The position numbers and the translations under genes are program-made. Shown here piece after piece: positions 1-10,226 of a stretch of DNA of 64,000 nt. Source of the stretch: an uncultured Chloroflexia bacterium (GTDB taxonomy: Bacteria; Chloroflexota; Anaerolineae; CG2-30-64-16); NCBI GenBank assembly GCA_963810095.1, contig CAWEMM010000006.1:192001-256000 (forward strand), in the 5' to 3' direction. Each line of letters begins with the position of its first letter. Within the stretch, counting starts at the first letter, position 1. A model generated the notes under the pieces. The model saw nothing but the letters and a program-made list of their open reading frames with translations, ran no database searches and had not been told where the DNA came from.

Positions 1-68
1 TGCATGGTCAGGATCGGGAATCCAGCCCACCGTGCGCCACCGGCAAGCGGCCTAGTGTATACAACCAC

Positions 69-108
69 CGCACAAACTTAGTGCGTTCTCTGCACCAACT
101 CAAGTGCA
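69..108. promoter_or_regulatory. Two tandem GCAC-N7/8-GTGC palindromes upstream of azoR (putative operator)
   Basis: CGCAC-aaactta-GTGCG at 69-85 and TGCAC-caactcaa-GTGCA at 91-108. Confidence 0.4.
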
Positions 109-182
109 GTGACGAGCCAAGGTCGGGGTGCTACAGACACGAACGCTTGCCAGATGAAGCGGTCCGCCACTAAGGGGGAAAG

Positions 183-893
183 ATGAAACTTCTTCACATC
201 ATCGCGTCTCCGCGCGAAGACAGATCTAATACTCTCCGGGTCGCGAATGCCTTCCTCGAAATCGTCAAGGCCAGATATCCGGACGTTTCGATCGAAGCGA
301 TCGATTTGTTCGTGCGCGACCTGCCGGCCGTTGCCGGAGACAACATCGAGAGCAAATACACGCTCATGGTGGGCGAGCGGATCGATAAGCGCCACCAGGA
401 ATCATGGCGGCAAATCGAACTCGAAATCGAGCGCTTCCTCGCCGCCGACATCTACCTGCTCTCCACGCCCATGTGGAACCTCAGCATCCCGTACGCGCTG
501 AAGTACTACATCGATGCACTGGTCCAGCCGGGCTACCTATTCAGGTACAACGAGAAGGGCCAGGCTATCGGGCTCGCGACGGGGAAGAAAATGGTTTGCG
601 TGACGAGTCGCGGCGGCGATTATTCCGACAGGAGCTACCTGAAATCCTACGATTTCCAGGAGCCGTACCTGCGCGCAATCTTCGGATTCGTCGGCATAAC
701 GGATATCCATTTCGTGAACGCCCAACCGATGGACATCACCGTCGAACTGCGCGAGGCCGCGCTTCAAGCCGCGCTCGCAGAGGTCCGAAGTTTAGCGGGC
801 GGCCACGATTGGGAGACGACGGGCCACTCCAACAGGGTTGAGAATCCCGAGCAACTAAAACCGGCGCCGCTCAATGCCCCGCCGGCCGCCTGA
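183..893 (+). CDS. azoR: FMN-dependent NADH-azoreductase
   Basis: N-terminal LHIIASPR; TPMWNLSIPYALKYYID; TSRGGDYS; YLRAIFGFVGI; purine-rich RBS before ATG. Confidence 0.9.
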   Translation: MKLLHIIASPREDRSNTLRVANAFLEIVKARYPDVSIEAIDLFVRDLPAVAGDNIESKYTLMVGERIDKRHQESWRQIELEIERFLAADIYLLSTPMWNLSIPYALKYYIDALVQPGYLFRYNEKGQAIGLATGKKMVCVTSRGGDYSDRSYLKSYDFQEPYLRAIFGFVGITDIHFVNAQPMDITVELREAALQAALAEVRSLAGGHDWETTGHSNRVENPEQLKPAPLNAPPAA

Positions 894-1329
894 CGATCGT
901 CCTCGCCGTCCGGGTCAGCCACAACGCAACCGCAAGGAGCACGAGGCCGGCCGCGTCAAACATGACAAAGCGGGTCAGGGACGCGCGCGCCAGGCCGACC
1001 GCCGCCGGTAGCGACAACAAAATGAGGCTCTCGCCGGTCAGGCCAATGGCCTGCATGGCGAGAGCCTCCCAAAGAGACACCCGGCGGCGTGCCGGATGCC
1101 ACAGTGCGACAGCATACGGCACGTTCCACATCAGGAACAAGAGGCCGATGCCCCTCACAGCCGCCTCGCCCGCCGCTCCGCGAAGCTCAAAGCCTACCAC
1201 ATACGTCGCCGGGTCCAACAGAAAGGCGACCCCGCACTGCACATTCCACGCCAGCACGACCGCAATGCAGATGCGCGCCAGCAGGATGCGACGCGCATCT
1301 GACGGCGCTCCGGACGCGGCCAGGCTCAC
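871..1329 (-). CDS. Hypothetical membrane protein (about 4 TM helices)
   Basis: Hydrophobic ORF with [11 protein letters not shown]; probable GTG start overlapping the fba stop (GTGA). Confidence 0.65.
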   Translation of the reverse strand: MSLAASGAPSDARRILLARICIAVVLAWNVQCGVAFLLDPATYVVGFELRGAAGEAAVRGIGLLFLMWNVPYAVALWHPARRRVSLWEALAMQAIGLTGESLILLSLPAAVGLARASLTRFVMFDAAGLVLLAVALWLTRTARTIVRRPAGH

Positions 1330-2402
1330 GCGATCGTCACTTCCGGGCACAAATACACGTCCTGGATCGCGTTCAGGATCTCCACGCCTTGCGCCATCGG
1401 CTTCTGGAACGCCTTGCGACCGCTAATCAGCCCGGTGCCGCCCGCACGCTTGTTGATCACCGCAGTCTTCACCGCCTCGGCCACGTCGTTCTTGCCCGAC
1501 GGCCCGCCGGAATTAATCAAGCCGATACGGCCCATGTAATTGTTGAGCACCTGGTAGCGCGTGAGGTCGATCGGATGGTCCGAAGCCAGATCGGTGTACA
1601 TCCGCTCGTCGAGTTTCCCGTAGCTCGAATCGGCCAGGCGCAGCGCCTTGTACCCGCCGTTGTTCTCGGGCAACTTCTGCTTGATGATGTCCGCGCCAAT
1701 CGTTGCGCCCAGGTGGTTCGCCTGCCCCGTCAGGTCTGCCGAGGTGTGATAGTCGACGCCGCCGGTCTTGAAGGCATTGTTGCGGGTATAGCACCACAGG
1801 ATGGTCGCGAGGCCGAGGTTGTGCGCTTCTTCGAACGCCTCGCTCACCTCCGTGATCTGCCGGGTCGAGTTCTCGGAGCCGAAGTAGATGGTGGCACCGA
1901 CCGCCACCGCGCCCATGTCCCAGGCTTGCCGGATGTGCGCGAAGAAGATCTGGTCGAACTTGTTCGGATAGGTCAGCAGCTCGTTGTGGTTGAACTTAAC
2001 GATGAAGGGTATCTTGTGCGCGTACTTGCGCGCGACAGAACCGAGCGCACCAAACGTCGAAGCAACGGCGTTGCAGCCGCCCTCGATCGCCAGGCGTACG
2101 ATGCTCTCGGGGTCGAAGTAAATCGGGTTGGGCGCAAACGAGGCACCGGCCGAGTGCTCGATGCCCTGGTCGACGGGCAGGATCGAGAGGTAGCCCGTGT
2201 TGCCCAATCGCCCGTGTGAGAACATGCTCTGCATGGAGCGAAGCACCTGCGGGGTACGGTCGGTGTTCGAGAAGACCCGGTCGATGAAATCGGGACCGGG
2301 CAGCTGAAGCCGCTCCTTCGCCACCTTGGGAGTGTTAAAGCCCAGGTAGTGCTGCGCCTCGTTGCCTAAGCACGCCTCGATTGCTCTGATGTCAAATGCC
2401 AT
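1326..2402 (-). CDS. fbaB: Class I fructose-bisphosphate aldolase (DhnA family)
   Basis: [37 protein letters not shown]; GGAGG RBS before ATG 2402. Confidence 0.95.
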   Translation of the reverse strand: MAFDIRAIEACLGNEAQHYLGFNTPKVAKERLQLPGPDFIDRVFSNTDRTPQVLRSMQSMFSHGRLGNTGYLSILPVDQGIEHSAGASFAPNPIYFDPESIVRLAIEGGCNAVASTFGALGSVARKYAHKIPFIVKFNHNELLTYPNKFDQIFFAHIRQAWDMGAVAVGATIYFGSENSTRQITEVSEAFEEAHNLGLATILWCYTRNNAFKTGGVDYHTSADLTGQANHLGATIGADIIKQKLPENNGGYKALRLADSSYGKLDERMYTDLASDHPIDLTRYQVLNNYMGRIGLINSGGPSGKNDVAEAVKTAVINKRAGGTGLISGRKAFQKPMAQGVEILNAIQDVYLCPEVTIA

Positions 2403-2538
2403 GATGGACCTCCTGCATTCAAATGCCTGTCTCGCGACGACCAACGAGCCGATTATGACACAGTCCAGGGTCAACAACAAGTGATATTCAGTACCCCTGC
2501 CCGCGCATCGGGGCACGGGGCGGGGAAACGATACCCTA

Positions 2539-2567
2539 TTGACAATAACAAATAACCTCGCTATTAT
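2539..2567 (+). promoter_or_regulatory. Sigma70-type promoter of the Xer-like gene
   Basis: TTGACA (2539-2544), 17 bp, TATTAT (2562-2567). Confidence 0.8.
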
Positions 2568-2621
2568 GTTCAGCAGCAGGACTATACGAAGAAGTTTAAC
2601 GCTCTAGTCGCGGAGGCGATC

Positions 2622-3677
2622 ATGTCCGTTGAACAGCCCTTCTTGTTCGAGGTTGACGCGGAGAAACCGTCAGATTTGCTGCACGGGCTGGCGCCCGATT
2701 CTACCGAGGCGCTGCCGGAAGAGCCGGCCGGCGCAGACCAGGAGCTCATGGTGGATGCGATGCCCGAAGACAGCGTGGTGGTTGCGGCGACCGTGCCCGC
2801 CGGCGTCGATGCCGGTGCGCCGCTGAGCGACACGGCCCGGGCGTTCGGCCAGCACATGCTGCGCCAGGGCTTCTCCGACAATACGATCAAGGCATTCCAG
2901 GCGGACCTGCGCCTGTTTGCCCGCCATGTGGGTGAGAACAAGGCGGTCGGCCAGATCGGGCAGAGCGACCTCGAGGACTTCATGGCCTGGCTGCGGGCTG
3001 AGCGGGGCGTCCCTTGCAGCCCCAAGTCCTACGCACGGCGGCTGACCACGCTGAAGGTGTTCTTTGGTTGGCTGCGAGCGGCCGAGGTGCTCGACAAGGA
3101 TCCTGCCGCCCCCCTCGTCCACGTCCACCCCACGACGCCCATGCCGGAAATCCTCTACGACGGGCAGGTGAACGACCTGCTCGCGATTACCCGAGACTTA
3201 CTCTGGGCGCCGAAACCGGACGCGCGGCCGTATTTGCTGTTAACGCTGCTGCTGCAAACCGGAATCAAGAAGGGCGAGTGCATGGAGATCAAGCTCGAGC
3301 ACATCGACGTCTCCAACCCCCAGGCGCCCGTGCTCTACATCCGCTATCTCGATCCCCGGAAAACGCTGAAGGAGCGCCGGTTGGCGCTTGGCCCGAATTT
3401 CGCACCCGCCTACCGCCAGTACCTGCGGGAGTACCAGCCCAAGGAACACCTCTTCGAGTGCACCGCACGAAATCTGGAGTACGTGCTGGAGGAGGCCGCC
3501 GGCCTCGCGCACATTCCGGGTGGATGCTCTTTCGAGCAGCTGCGCTGGACCTGCGCGGTGCGCGACTATCGGAATGGGATGGCGGCAGACCAGCTGCGCC
3601 AAAAGCTGGGACTGTCGATGATTACGTGGCGCGAGACGCTGCCCAAGATTCAGAAGCTGGCACGGCCGGCGCTGTAG
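2622..3677 (+). CDS. Tyrosine-recombinase (XerC/D-fold) protein with degenerate active site
   Basis: SAM-like core-binding domain (FSDNTIKAFQADL; SYARRLTTLKVFFGWL) and catalytic-domain boxes LLQTGIKKGE, FEQLRWTCA, LRQKLGL; no C-terminal Tyr; GGAGG RBS. Confidence 0.85.
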   Translation: MSVEQPFLFEVDAEKPSDLLHGLAPDSTEALPEEPAGADQELMVDAMPEDSVVVAATVPAGVDAGAPLSDTARAFGQHMLRQGFSDNTIKAFQADLRLFARHVGENKAVGQIGQSDLEDFMAWLRAERGVPCSPKSYARRLTTLKVFFGWLRAAEVLDKDPAAPLVHVHPTTPMPEILYDGQVNDLLAITRDLLWAPKPDARPYLLLTLLLQTGIKKGECMEIKLEHIDVSNPQAPVLYIRYLDPRKTLKERRLALGPNFAPAYRQYLREYQPKEHLFECTARNLEYVLEEAAGLAHIPGGCSFEQLRWTCAVRDYRNGMAADQLRQKLGLSMITWRETLPKIQKLARPAL

Positions 3678-3706
3678 CTCGGGCAGATGCGCCCGCCGAG
3701 GAAGAC

Positions 3707-5129
3707 TTAGGGGGTGGGAGTGGGGGCCGGGGTGCGCGGCGCGCCGGAATTGGTCAGCGGGAGCAGCAGGGTGAGCAGGGCCGCATACTGCTCGTGCGCG
3801 TCGAGATAGGTCCCGCTCCACCCGCCCACGGCATACAGCTTGTTGTTCAACGGCGTCACCGCCAGATTGCGCCAGGCGCCGCCTACCGGCGTCCCCAATC
3901 GCGACCAGGCGTCCAGGCGCACATCATATTGCTCGTTGAACGCATCCCCATCGTCGCCGCCGCCCAGCGCAAACACCTGATTGCCCGCTGCAGCCACGCC
4001 GAGGCCCGACCGCGGCTGCTTGAGAGACGCCTTACGCTGCCAGGGCGAAGCTTTGGCCGAGTCGGCCCGGGGGTCGAACGCCAGGAGATCGGCGAGATCA
4101 CTGCGGCCGTCCGTGCCGCCGACGACGTAGACCGTGTCCTTCACAGCCGCCGCGCCCGCAAAGCCGCGCGGGCCGGGCATGGCCGGCCCTTCGGTCCAGC
4201 TGCCCGCGGCCGGGTCGAAGATTAAGGTTTCTCTCCTGTAGGTCCCACCGTCCCAGCCCCCGAACAGGTACAGCTTGCCGTTCCACACGGCCAGCGCGTA
4301 CGCGGCCAGCGGGCGGGGCAGGTCGGGTCCCTTCGACCAGGTATCGGAGGCCGGATCGTAGATCTCCAACGCGCCGCTGACACCCCCATTGGGCGTCGAG
4401 CCGCCCGGCACGTAGATCTGGCCGCCCAGCCAGCCGGCCCCGACATTGGCGACGGGTGAAGGCTTGGGCGCACCCGACAGCCACCCATTTGTCTTGGGAT
4501 CATAATATGTGACTTCGCCGGTGACGCCGTCCGCCGTTTCGCCACCAATCGCATAGACACGCGCTGCCGTCGGTGGTCAGGGCAAGCCGGCTGCGTGGGA
4601 CTGGGAGGGGCGAGCCGGCCGTCCAGCGCTGGACGGCGACGCGAGGCGGGGCGGCCACCTGGGTGCGGCCGGTGTCGGTGAAAGCGGTGAAAGCTGCGGC
4701 TGCGCTGCGGGCGTTCAGCCAGGAGGGCGCAAGCGCGCCGAGCACGGCCAGGGCCAGCGCGGCGACCAGGAGACCCTGCTGCCAGGCGGCGGCGGGTTTG
4801 TGCATGGGCGCATGCGGCATTAGCTCGGGCAGGGAGATGGGCGGGAGCACCAGCGCGGCCGATGCGGGTTCGACGGCGGGCTCGGGAGCCAGCGCCTCCT
4901 GCACCTCGCCCGGGACGTGGACCCACCCGCGGCGGACCGCCTCCATCGTAGCCTCGGTGCGCGACTGGACGCCCAGCTTCTCAAAGATGTTGCGCAGGTG
5001 GACCTTGACCGTGTTCGGGCTAATGCTGAGATCGCGCGCGATCTGCTGGTTCGTCGCGCCCGTGGCGACCAGCTTGAGGACTTCGAGCTCGCGCTCAGAG
5101 AGAACGTCGTAGTTTTCCGATACAGTCAT
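3707..5129 (-). CDS. LuxR-type HTH + TM helix + Kelch-repeat protein (one frameshift near 4560)
   Basis: LSERELEVL..GATNQQIA..LSISPNTVKVHLRNIFEKLGV; hydrophobic LLVAALALAVLGALA; the Kelch repeat continues in the shifted frame as RVYAIGG..YDPKTNGW..IYVPGG into ORF 3707-4411. Confidence 0.8.
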
Positions 5130-5148
5130 GCCGTAACGGGAGTAGATC

Positions 5149-5222
5149 GAACCACAAGACACCAAGACACGAAGAGCACAGAGACCTTTAGGAATCTCTG
5201 TGCCTTGGTGCCTTTGTGGTTT
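5149..5222. repeat. Dispersed CACAAAGR-type inverted-repeat element
   Basis: AACCACAAGACACCAAGACACGAAG ... CTCTGTGCCTTGGTGCCTTTGTGGTT. Confidence 0.8.
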
Positions 5223-5229
5223 GCGCTGT

Positions 5230-7783
5230 CTATGCCCAGGTCATCAGTTGGGTTGCGAACGGGTTGGGTAGGTTCGGATGCTGCGGGCGGGCGCGCACGC
5301 CATAGGCAAAGCGGCCGCTCTCGGGCACGTCGAACGCCTTCTCGTAGCACAGCCCCCCGTCGGCGGCGCCCGCGCGGTCCATGAGCAAGGCAACGGACTC
5401 CATTGGCCCATCGTTCCCCTCGCGCACGCAGACCAGCTCCACGGCGATGTCGTCGGGCCCAAGCGCGCCCGGCTGCAGCGTCGCGCGCACCACGAGCGGC
5501 TTGCCGATCGTCATCTCACCCCGCTCGGGACCGGTCGCGGTAATTGCGACCTGCGGCCAGGCTCCCTCGACGCGGCGCGTCCCATTCGGCAAGGTCTGCC
5601 GCCGCCTTGCTGTTGTCGGCATAGACGCGGCTGCCCAGCTCGCCCGCAGGGATGTAGAACTTACGCAGGTAATCCTTAAGCATCCGGTCGAAGCTGAAGT
5701 CGGGCGCGACGGTCATGATGGACGCCCGCATAATCTTCAGCCAGCCCTCGGGAATCCCTTGCTCGTTCCGCCGGTAGTAGGTCGGGACAATCAGGTTTTC
5801 CAGGATGGCATACAAGGATAGCGCATCGGCCTCGTCCTGCGCGGCCTCGTTGGGATACTCACGCTCCGCGCCGATCGCCCAGCCGTTGGTCCCGTCGTAG
5901 GATTCGCGCCACCAGCCGTCGAGCACGCTGAAGTTTGGCGCGCCGTTCAGCCCTGCCTTCTCGCCGCTGGTGCCGCTCGCTTCGAGTGGGCGCCGGGGGT
6001 TATTCATCCAGACGTCGACGCCCGAAACGAGATGGCGCGCGATGTTAGTGTCGTAGTCTTCGACAAACACGATCCTCCCCTGGAAGCCCGGCTGCTGGCT
6101 GTACTGGTACACCTGCTGGATGAACGCCTTGCCGGGCTCGTCCGCGGGGTGCGCCTTGCCGGCGAAGATCAGCTGGACCGGCCGGTCTGGGTCGTTCAGG
6201 ATTTTCTTGAGCCGCTCGGGATTGCGGAACATGAGCGTCGCGCGCTTGTAGGTCGCAAAGCGCCGGGCAAAGCCGATGGTCAGCGCAAAGGGGTCGAGCC
6301 CGGTTGCGGCCGCGTTGACGTCGGCGGGCGGCGCGCCGGTGCGCAGCAGCTGCACGGCCAGCCGCTCGCGCACGAGTGCCAGCATTTCTTCCTTAGCAGC
6401 CTGGTGCTGGCCCCACAGTTCCTCGTCCAGGATGTCGGCTACGCCCGCCCACGTCGAGCGCTCGTCGATGTCGTCGCGCCAGTTCGGGTTCAAATACTGG
6501 TCGAGCAGCGCAATCAGGCCGGGATGCGCCCAGGTGTCGGTGTGGACGCCGTTCGTGACGTGGTCGATCGGCACTTCCGGCTCGGGCAGGCTGGGCCAGA
6601 GCGAATTCCACATGTGCCGCGACACCTGGCCGTGCAGCTCACTGACGCCGTTGGCCAGGCCCGCGGTCTTGAGCGCCAGCACCGTCATGCTGAACTGGGG
6701 ACCCCAGGTATAGTCATAGCGGCCCAGAGCCAGGAAACGGTCGCGGTCCATGCCCATGCGATCCCAAAAATGGCCGAAGAAGCGATCCATGAGGTCGAAG
6801 CCGAACGCGTCGTTGCCGGCGGGCACGGGCGTGTGGGTCGTGAAGAGCGCGTTGGAGCGGCACGCCCAGAGCGCCGCGTCCGGTTCGAGGCCGCCCTCCT
6901 GCACCAGCTCGCGGATGCGCTCGAGCTGCAGGAATGCCGCGTGACCCTCGTTCATGTGCCAGACCGAGGGATTGATGCCCAACGCGCGGAGCGCCCGGAC
7001 GCCGCCGATGCCCAGGACAAACTCCTGCGAAATGCGGATCTGCACGTCGCCGCCGTAGAGGCGCGCGGACAGCTCGCGGTCGGCGGGCGCGTTCTGCTCG
7101 ACGTCCGTGTCCATGAGATAAATGGGGATGCGGCCGACCTGGATGCACCAAACCTTGGCGTAGACCCGGCGACCGGGAAGGTCGACGAAGATCAGCACTT
7201 GTTCGCCTTTGGGGTTGGTGGCGGGCCGCGCCGGCACCTCGGCGAAGTCCAGCTTCTCGTAGATGGCATGCTGCCGCCCGTCGGCATCGATGCGCTGCTG
7301 GAAGTAGCCTTGCGGATACAGGAAGCCCACGGCCACGAACGGCAGACCGAGGTCGCTAGCGGTCTTGCAATGGTCGCCCGCCAGGATGCCCATGCCGCCG
7401 GAATAGATGGGCAAGCTCTCGTGCAGCCCGAACTCGGCGCAGAAATAAGCGATAGTCCGGTTTTCTTGCTGCCCGTAGTGCCGGGCGTACCAGGTGGCGC
7501 CGGGCTCCGGATGCATATACTCGTCGAAGGCCCGCATGACGGCCTCGTAGCGCGCAAGGTAGCTGGGATCAGACGCCGCGGCATCGAGGCGGCCCTGGCT
7601 CACCAGACGCAGGAACTTGACGGGGTTATGATTGACCCGCTTCCAGACCTCCGGATCGATATCCTGGTACAGCGCCTCGGCGCCCGGGTTCCAACTCCAC
7701 CAGAGGTTATAGGCCAGCTCGGAAAGCCGCGCAATCTTGGGATCAGGGGCCGAGTAAACTGCAACGTGCCCTAAAGTCTTCAC
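5230..7783 (-). CDS. glgP: Alpha-glucan (glycogen/maltodextrin) phosphorylase (frameshift near 5575)
   Basis: NLWWSW, YSGGMGILAGD, HMNEGHA, ARRFATYKR, EASGTSGEKA; C-terminus continues in ORF 5230-5622. Confidence 0.93.
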
Positions 7784-7953
7784 AGAGTTCTCCTTCAGTG
7801 AATCAGCACCCCGCCCTGGGGCGAGGCGAACACAATACGTCCGATCATTTTAGCAGAAAGCGGCCTTCTCGCAAGAAAGTTGTGCGGCGGCAGGAATCCC
7901 GGATCGAGCGTGACGTGTTACAATGGGCAGACTTAACCATCTGGAGGGTGTCC

Positions 7954-8790
7954 ATGGCTGATGCCGATGCTCCGTCAGGCCGCCGCTATCATTATCCCGC
8001 ACAGCCGCCGCGCCCCAAGCGCTACCTGCTCATGTACAAACCATACGACGTCCTTGCGGAGTTCGGCGACGTACCGGGCAAGGAAACGCTCGGCAAGTAC
8101 GTCCCGATCCTCGGGCTCGAACCGGCCGGGCGGCTGGACCAGGACAGCGAAGGGCTGCTGCTGCTCACCGACGACGGCGAGTTGGCGCACCAACTGACGC
8201 ATCCCCAGTTTCACGTGCCGAAGACCTACCTGGTGCAGGTGGAAGGCGCACCGGGCAAGGAAAGCCTGGAGAAGCTGCGCCGGGGCGTGCTGGTCAAAGG
8301 TGAGACGACAGCCCCTGCAGAGGTCGAACTACTCGAGCGCACCCCAGACCTGCCGCCGCGCCAGCCGCCGGTGCGGGAGGACGTGGAGACGAGCTGGCTG
8401 CGCGTCGTGCTGCGCGAAGGCAAAAAACGGCAGGTGCGCCACATGACCGCGGCAGTCGGACATCCGACGCTGCGTTTGGTGCGGGTGGCCATCGGGCCGC
8501 TGACCATGCGCGGGCTGGCGCCGGGTGAATGGCGCGAGGCCGAGGGTGAGGAGCTGGCCAAGCTGCAGCGGGTGATGCGGTCGGTGGCAGAAGACTCACA
8601 GCAGCGCCCGTCGCGGGCGAAGAGGGTCAGTATCGGGACGCGCGGGGCAGGGTCACGCGGCAAGCGGTCAGCGCGAGCGGAGGACATGGAAGAGTACACG
8701 CATAGCGCAGTTGGGCGAGGCGATGGCTCGCGGCGAGCTGACCTCGCGCGGCATCGTCGAGGCGTATCTGAGGCGGATTGCCGAGATTGA
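7954..8790 (+). CDS. rRNA pseudouridine synthase (RsuA/RluB/E/F family)
   Basis: YKPYDV, AGRLDQDSEGLLLLT, EGKKRQVRHM, TLRLVRVAIG; GGAGG RBS; 3' end uncertain. Confidence 0.88.
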   Translation: MADADAPSGRRYHYPAQPPRPKRYLLMYKPYDVLAEFGDVPGKETLGKYVPILGLEPAGRLDQDSEGLLLLTDDGELAHQLTHPQFHVPKTYLVQVEGAPGKESLEKLRRGVLVKGETTAPAEVELLERTPDLPPRQPPVREDVETSWLRVVLREGKKRQVRHMTAAVGHPTLRLVRVAIGPLTMRGLAPGEWREAEGEELAKLQRVMRSVAEDSQQRPSRAKRVSIGTRGAGSRGKRSARAEDMEEYTHSAVGRGDGSRRADLARHRRGVSEADCRD

Positions 8791-10226
8791 CCAGGACGGT
8801 CCGCGCCTGAACTCGGTGATCGAGGTGAACCCGGACGCGCTGGACATCGCAGACGAGTTGGATCGGGAAAGACGCGACCGGGGCCCTCGCGGTCCGCTCC
8901 ACGGCATCCCGATTCTCGATTAAGGACAACATCGACACCGCGGATCGCATGCAGACCACCGCGGGCTCGCTGGCGCTCGCCGGCCACCGTGCAAAGGAAG
9001 ACTCGGCCGTCGCGGCGAGGCTTCGAGCGGCCGGCGCCGTGATCCTCGGCAAGACGAACCTGAGCGAGTGGGCCAACTTCCGCTCGAACCACTCCTCCAG
9101 CGGATGGAGCAGCCGCGGCGGCCAGACTCGCAACCCCTATGCCCTGGACCGCAACCCGTGCGGCTCGTCCTCGGGCTCCGGCGTCGCGGTGGCGGCTAAC
9201 CTGTGCGCTGCCGCAGTTGGAACGGAAACGGACGGCTCGATCATTTGCCCCTCGCAGACATGCGGCATCGTCGGGATCAAGCCGACGCTGGGGTTGGTCA
9301 GCCGGGCGGGCATTATCCCGATTGCACACAGCCAGGACACGGCCGGTCCGATGGCGCGCACGGTTGCAGACGCTTCCCTGCTGCTGGCCGCCATTGCGGG
9401 CGGCGACCCGGCCGACCCGGCTACGACGGCCGCGCCCGGGCAATTTCCCACGGACTATGCGGCGGCGCTGCGCCCGGATGGGCTCCGCGGCGCCCGCATC
9501 GGCGTCGCCCGCGCCTTCTTCGGCTTCAGCCCCGCCGTAGACGCGATCATGGAGGCGTGCATCGCCGCGCTGCGGGATGCGGGCGCCGAGATCGTCGATC
9601 CGGTCGAGGTCGCCCACGTCAAGGAGCTGGGCGAGACGGAGATGGAAGTCCTCCTGTACGAGTTCCATGCCGACCTGGACGCGTATCTCGCGAGTCACGA
9701 CGGCGAAGTGCGCTCGCTCGCCGAGGTCATCGCCTTCAATGCCGCCCACGCCGACGAAGTCATGCCCTACTTCGGCCAGGAGTTGATGGAGAAGGCACAG
9801 GCGAAGGGCCCGTTGGCGGAGGAGAAGTACCTGCAGGCGCTGGCGGCCAACCATCACCTGTCGCGTGAGGAAGGGATCGACGCGACGCTGGCGCAGCCAC
9901 AATCTCGACGCGATCGTCGAGCCGTCAGGCGGGCCGGCCTGGCTGACCGACCACATCAACGGCGACCATTACACCGGGGGAAGCTCGTCGCCGGCCGCTG
10001 TCGCCGGCTACCCGAGCATCACCGTGCCTGCCGGCTATGTGCGCGGGCTGCCCGTCGGCCTCTCGTTCGTCGGCCCGGCCTGGAGCGAGGCGAAGCTGAT
10101 CCAGGCTGGCGTATGCCTTCGAGCAAGCCACGCAGGTGCGGCGTCGCGCCCGAGTTTCTGCTGCGTATGGCTACGGTGCAGCATAATTTGCCGCTGAGCC
10201 GCGGACATAGCTGCACGGTCGCATGA
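8686..10226 (+). CDS. Amidase-signature family amidase (several frameshifts)
   Basis: [52 protein letters not shown] spread over ORFs 8711-8923, 8949-10226 and 9865-10197; GGAGG-ATG at 8686. Confidence 0.88.

Noticed and set aside
2584-2600. TATACGAAG resembling a loxP half-site
   Set aside because: Only a 9-nt match with no properly spaced inverted partner.
2622-3677. Integrase marking a prophage or genomic island
   Set aside because: No att repeats, tRNA, phage genes or compositional shift; the catalytic residues are missing.
6032-7774. Long antisense ORFs (also 8226-9959, 24886-26379, 29390-31108, 53345-54589, 55300-56637, 57502-58950, 62436-63998)
   Set aside because: Shadow ORFs opposite well-recognised genes, as expected in GC-rich DNA; no motifs.
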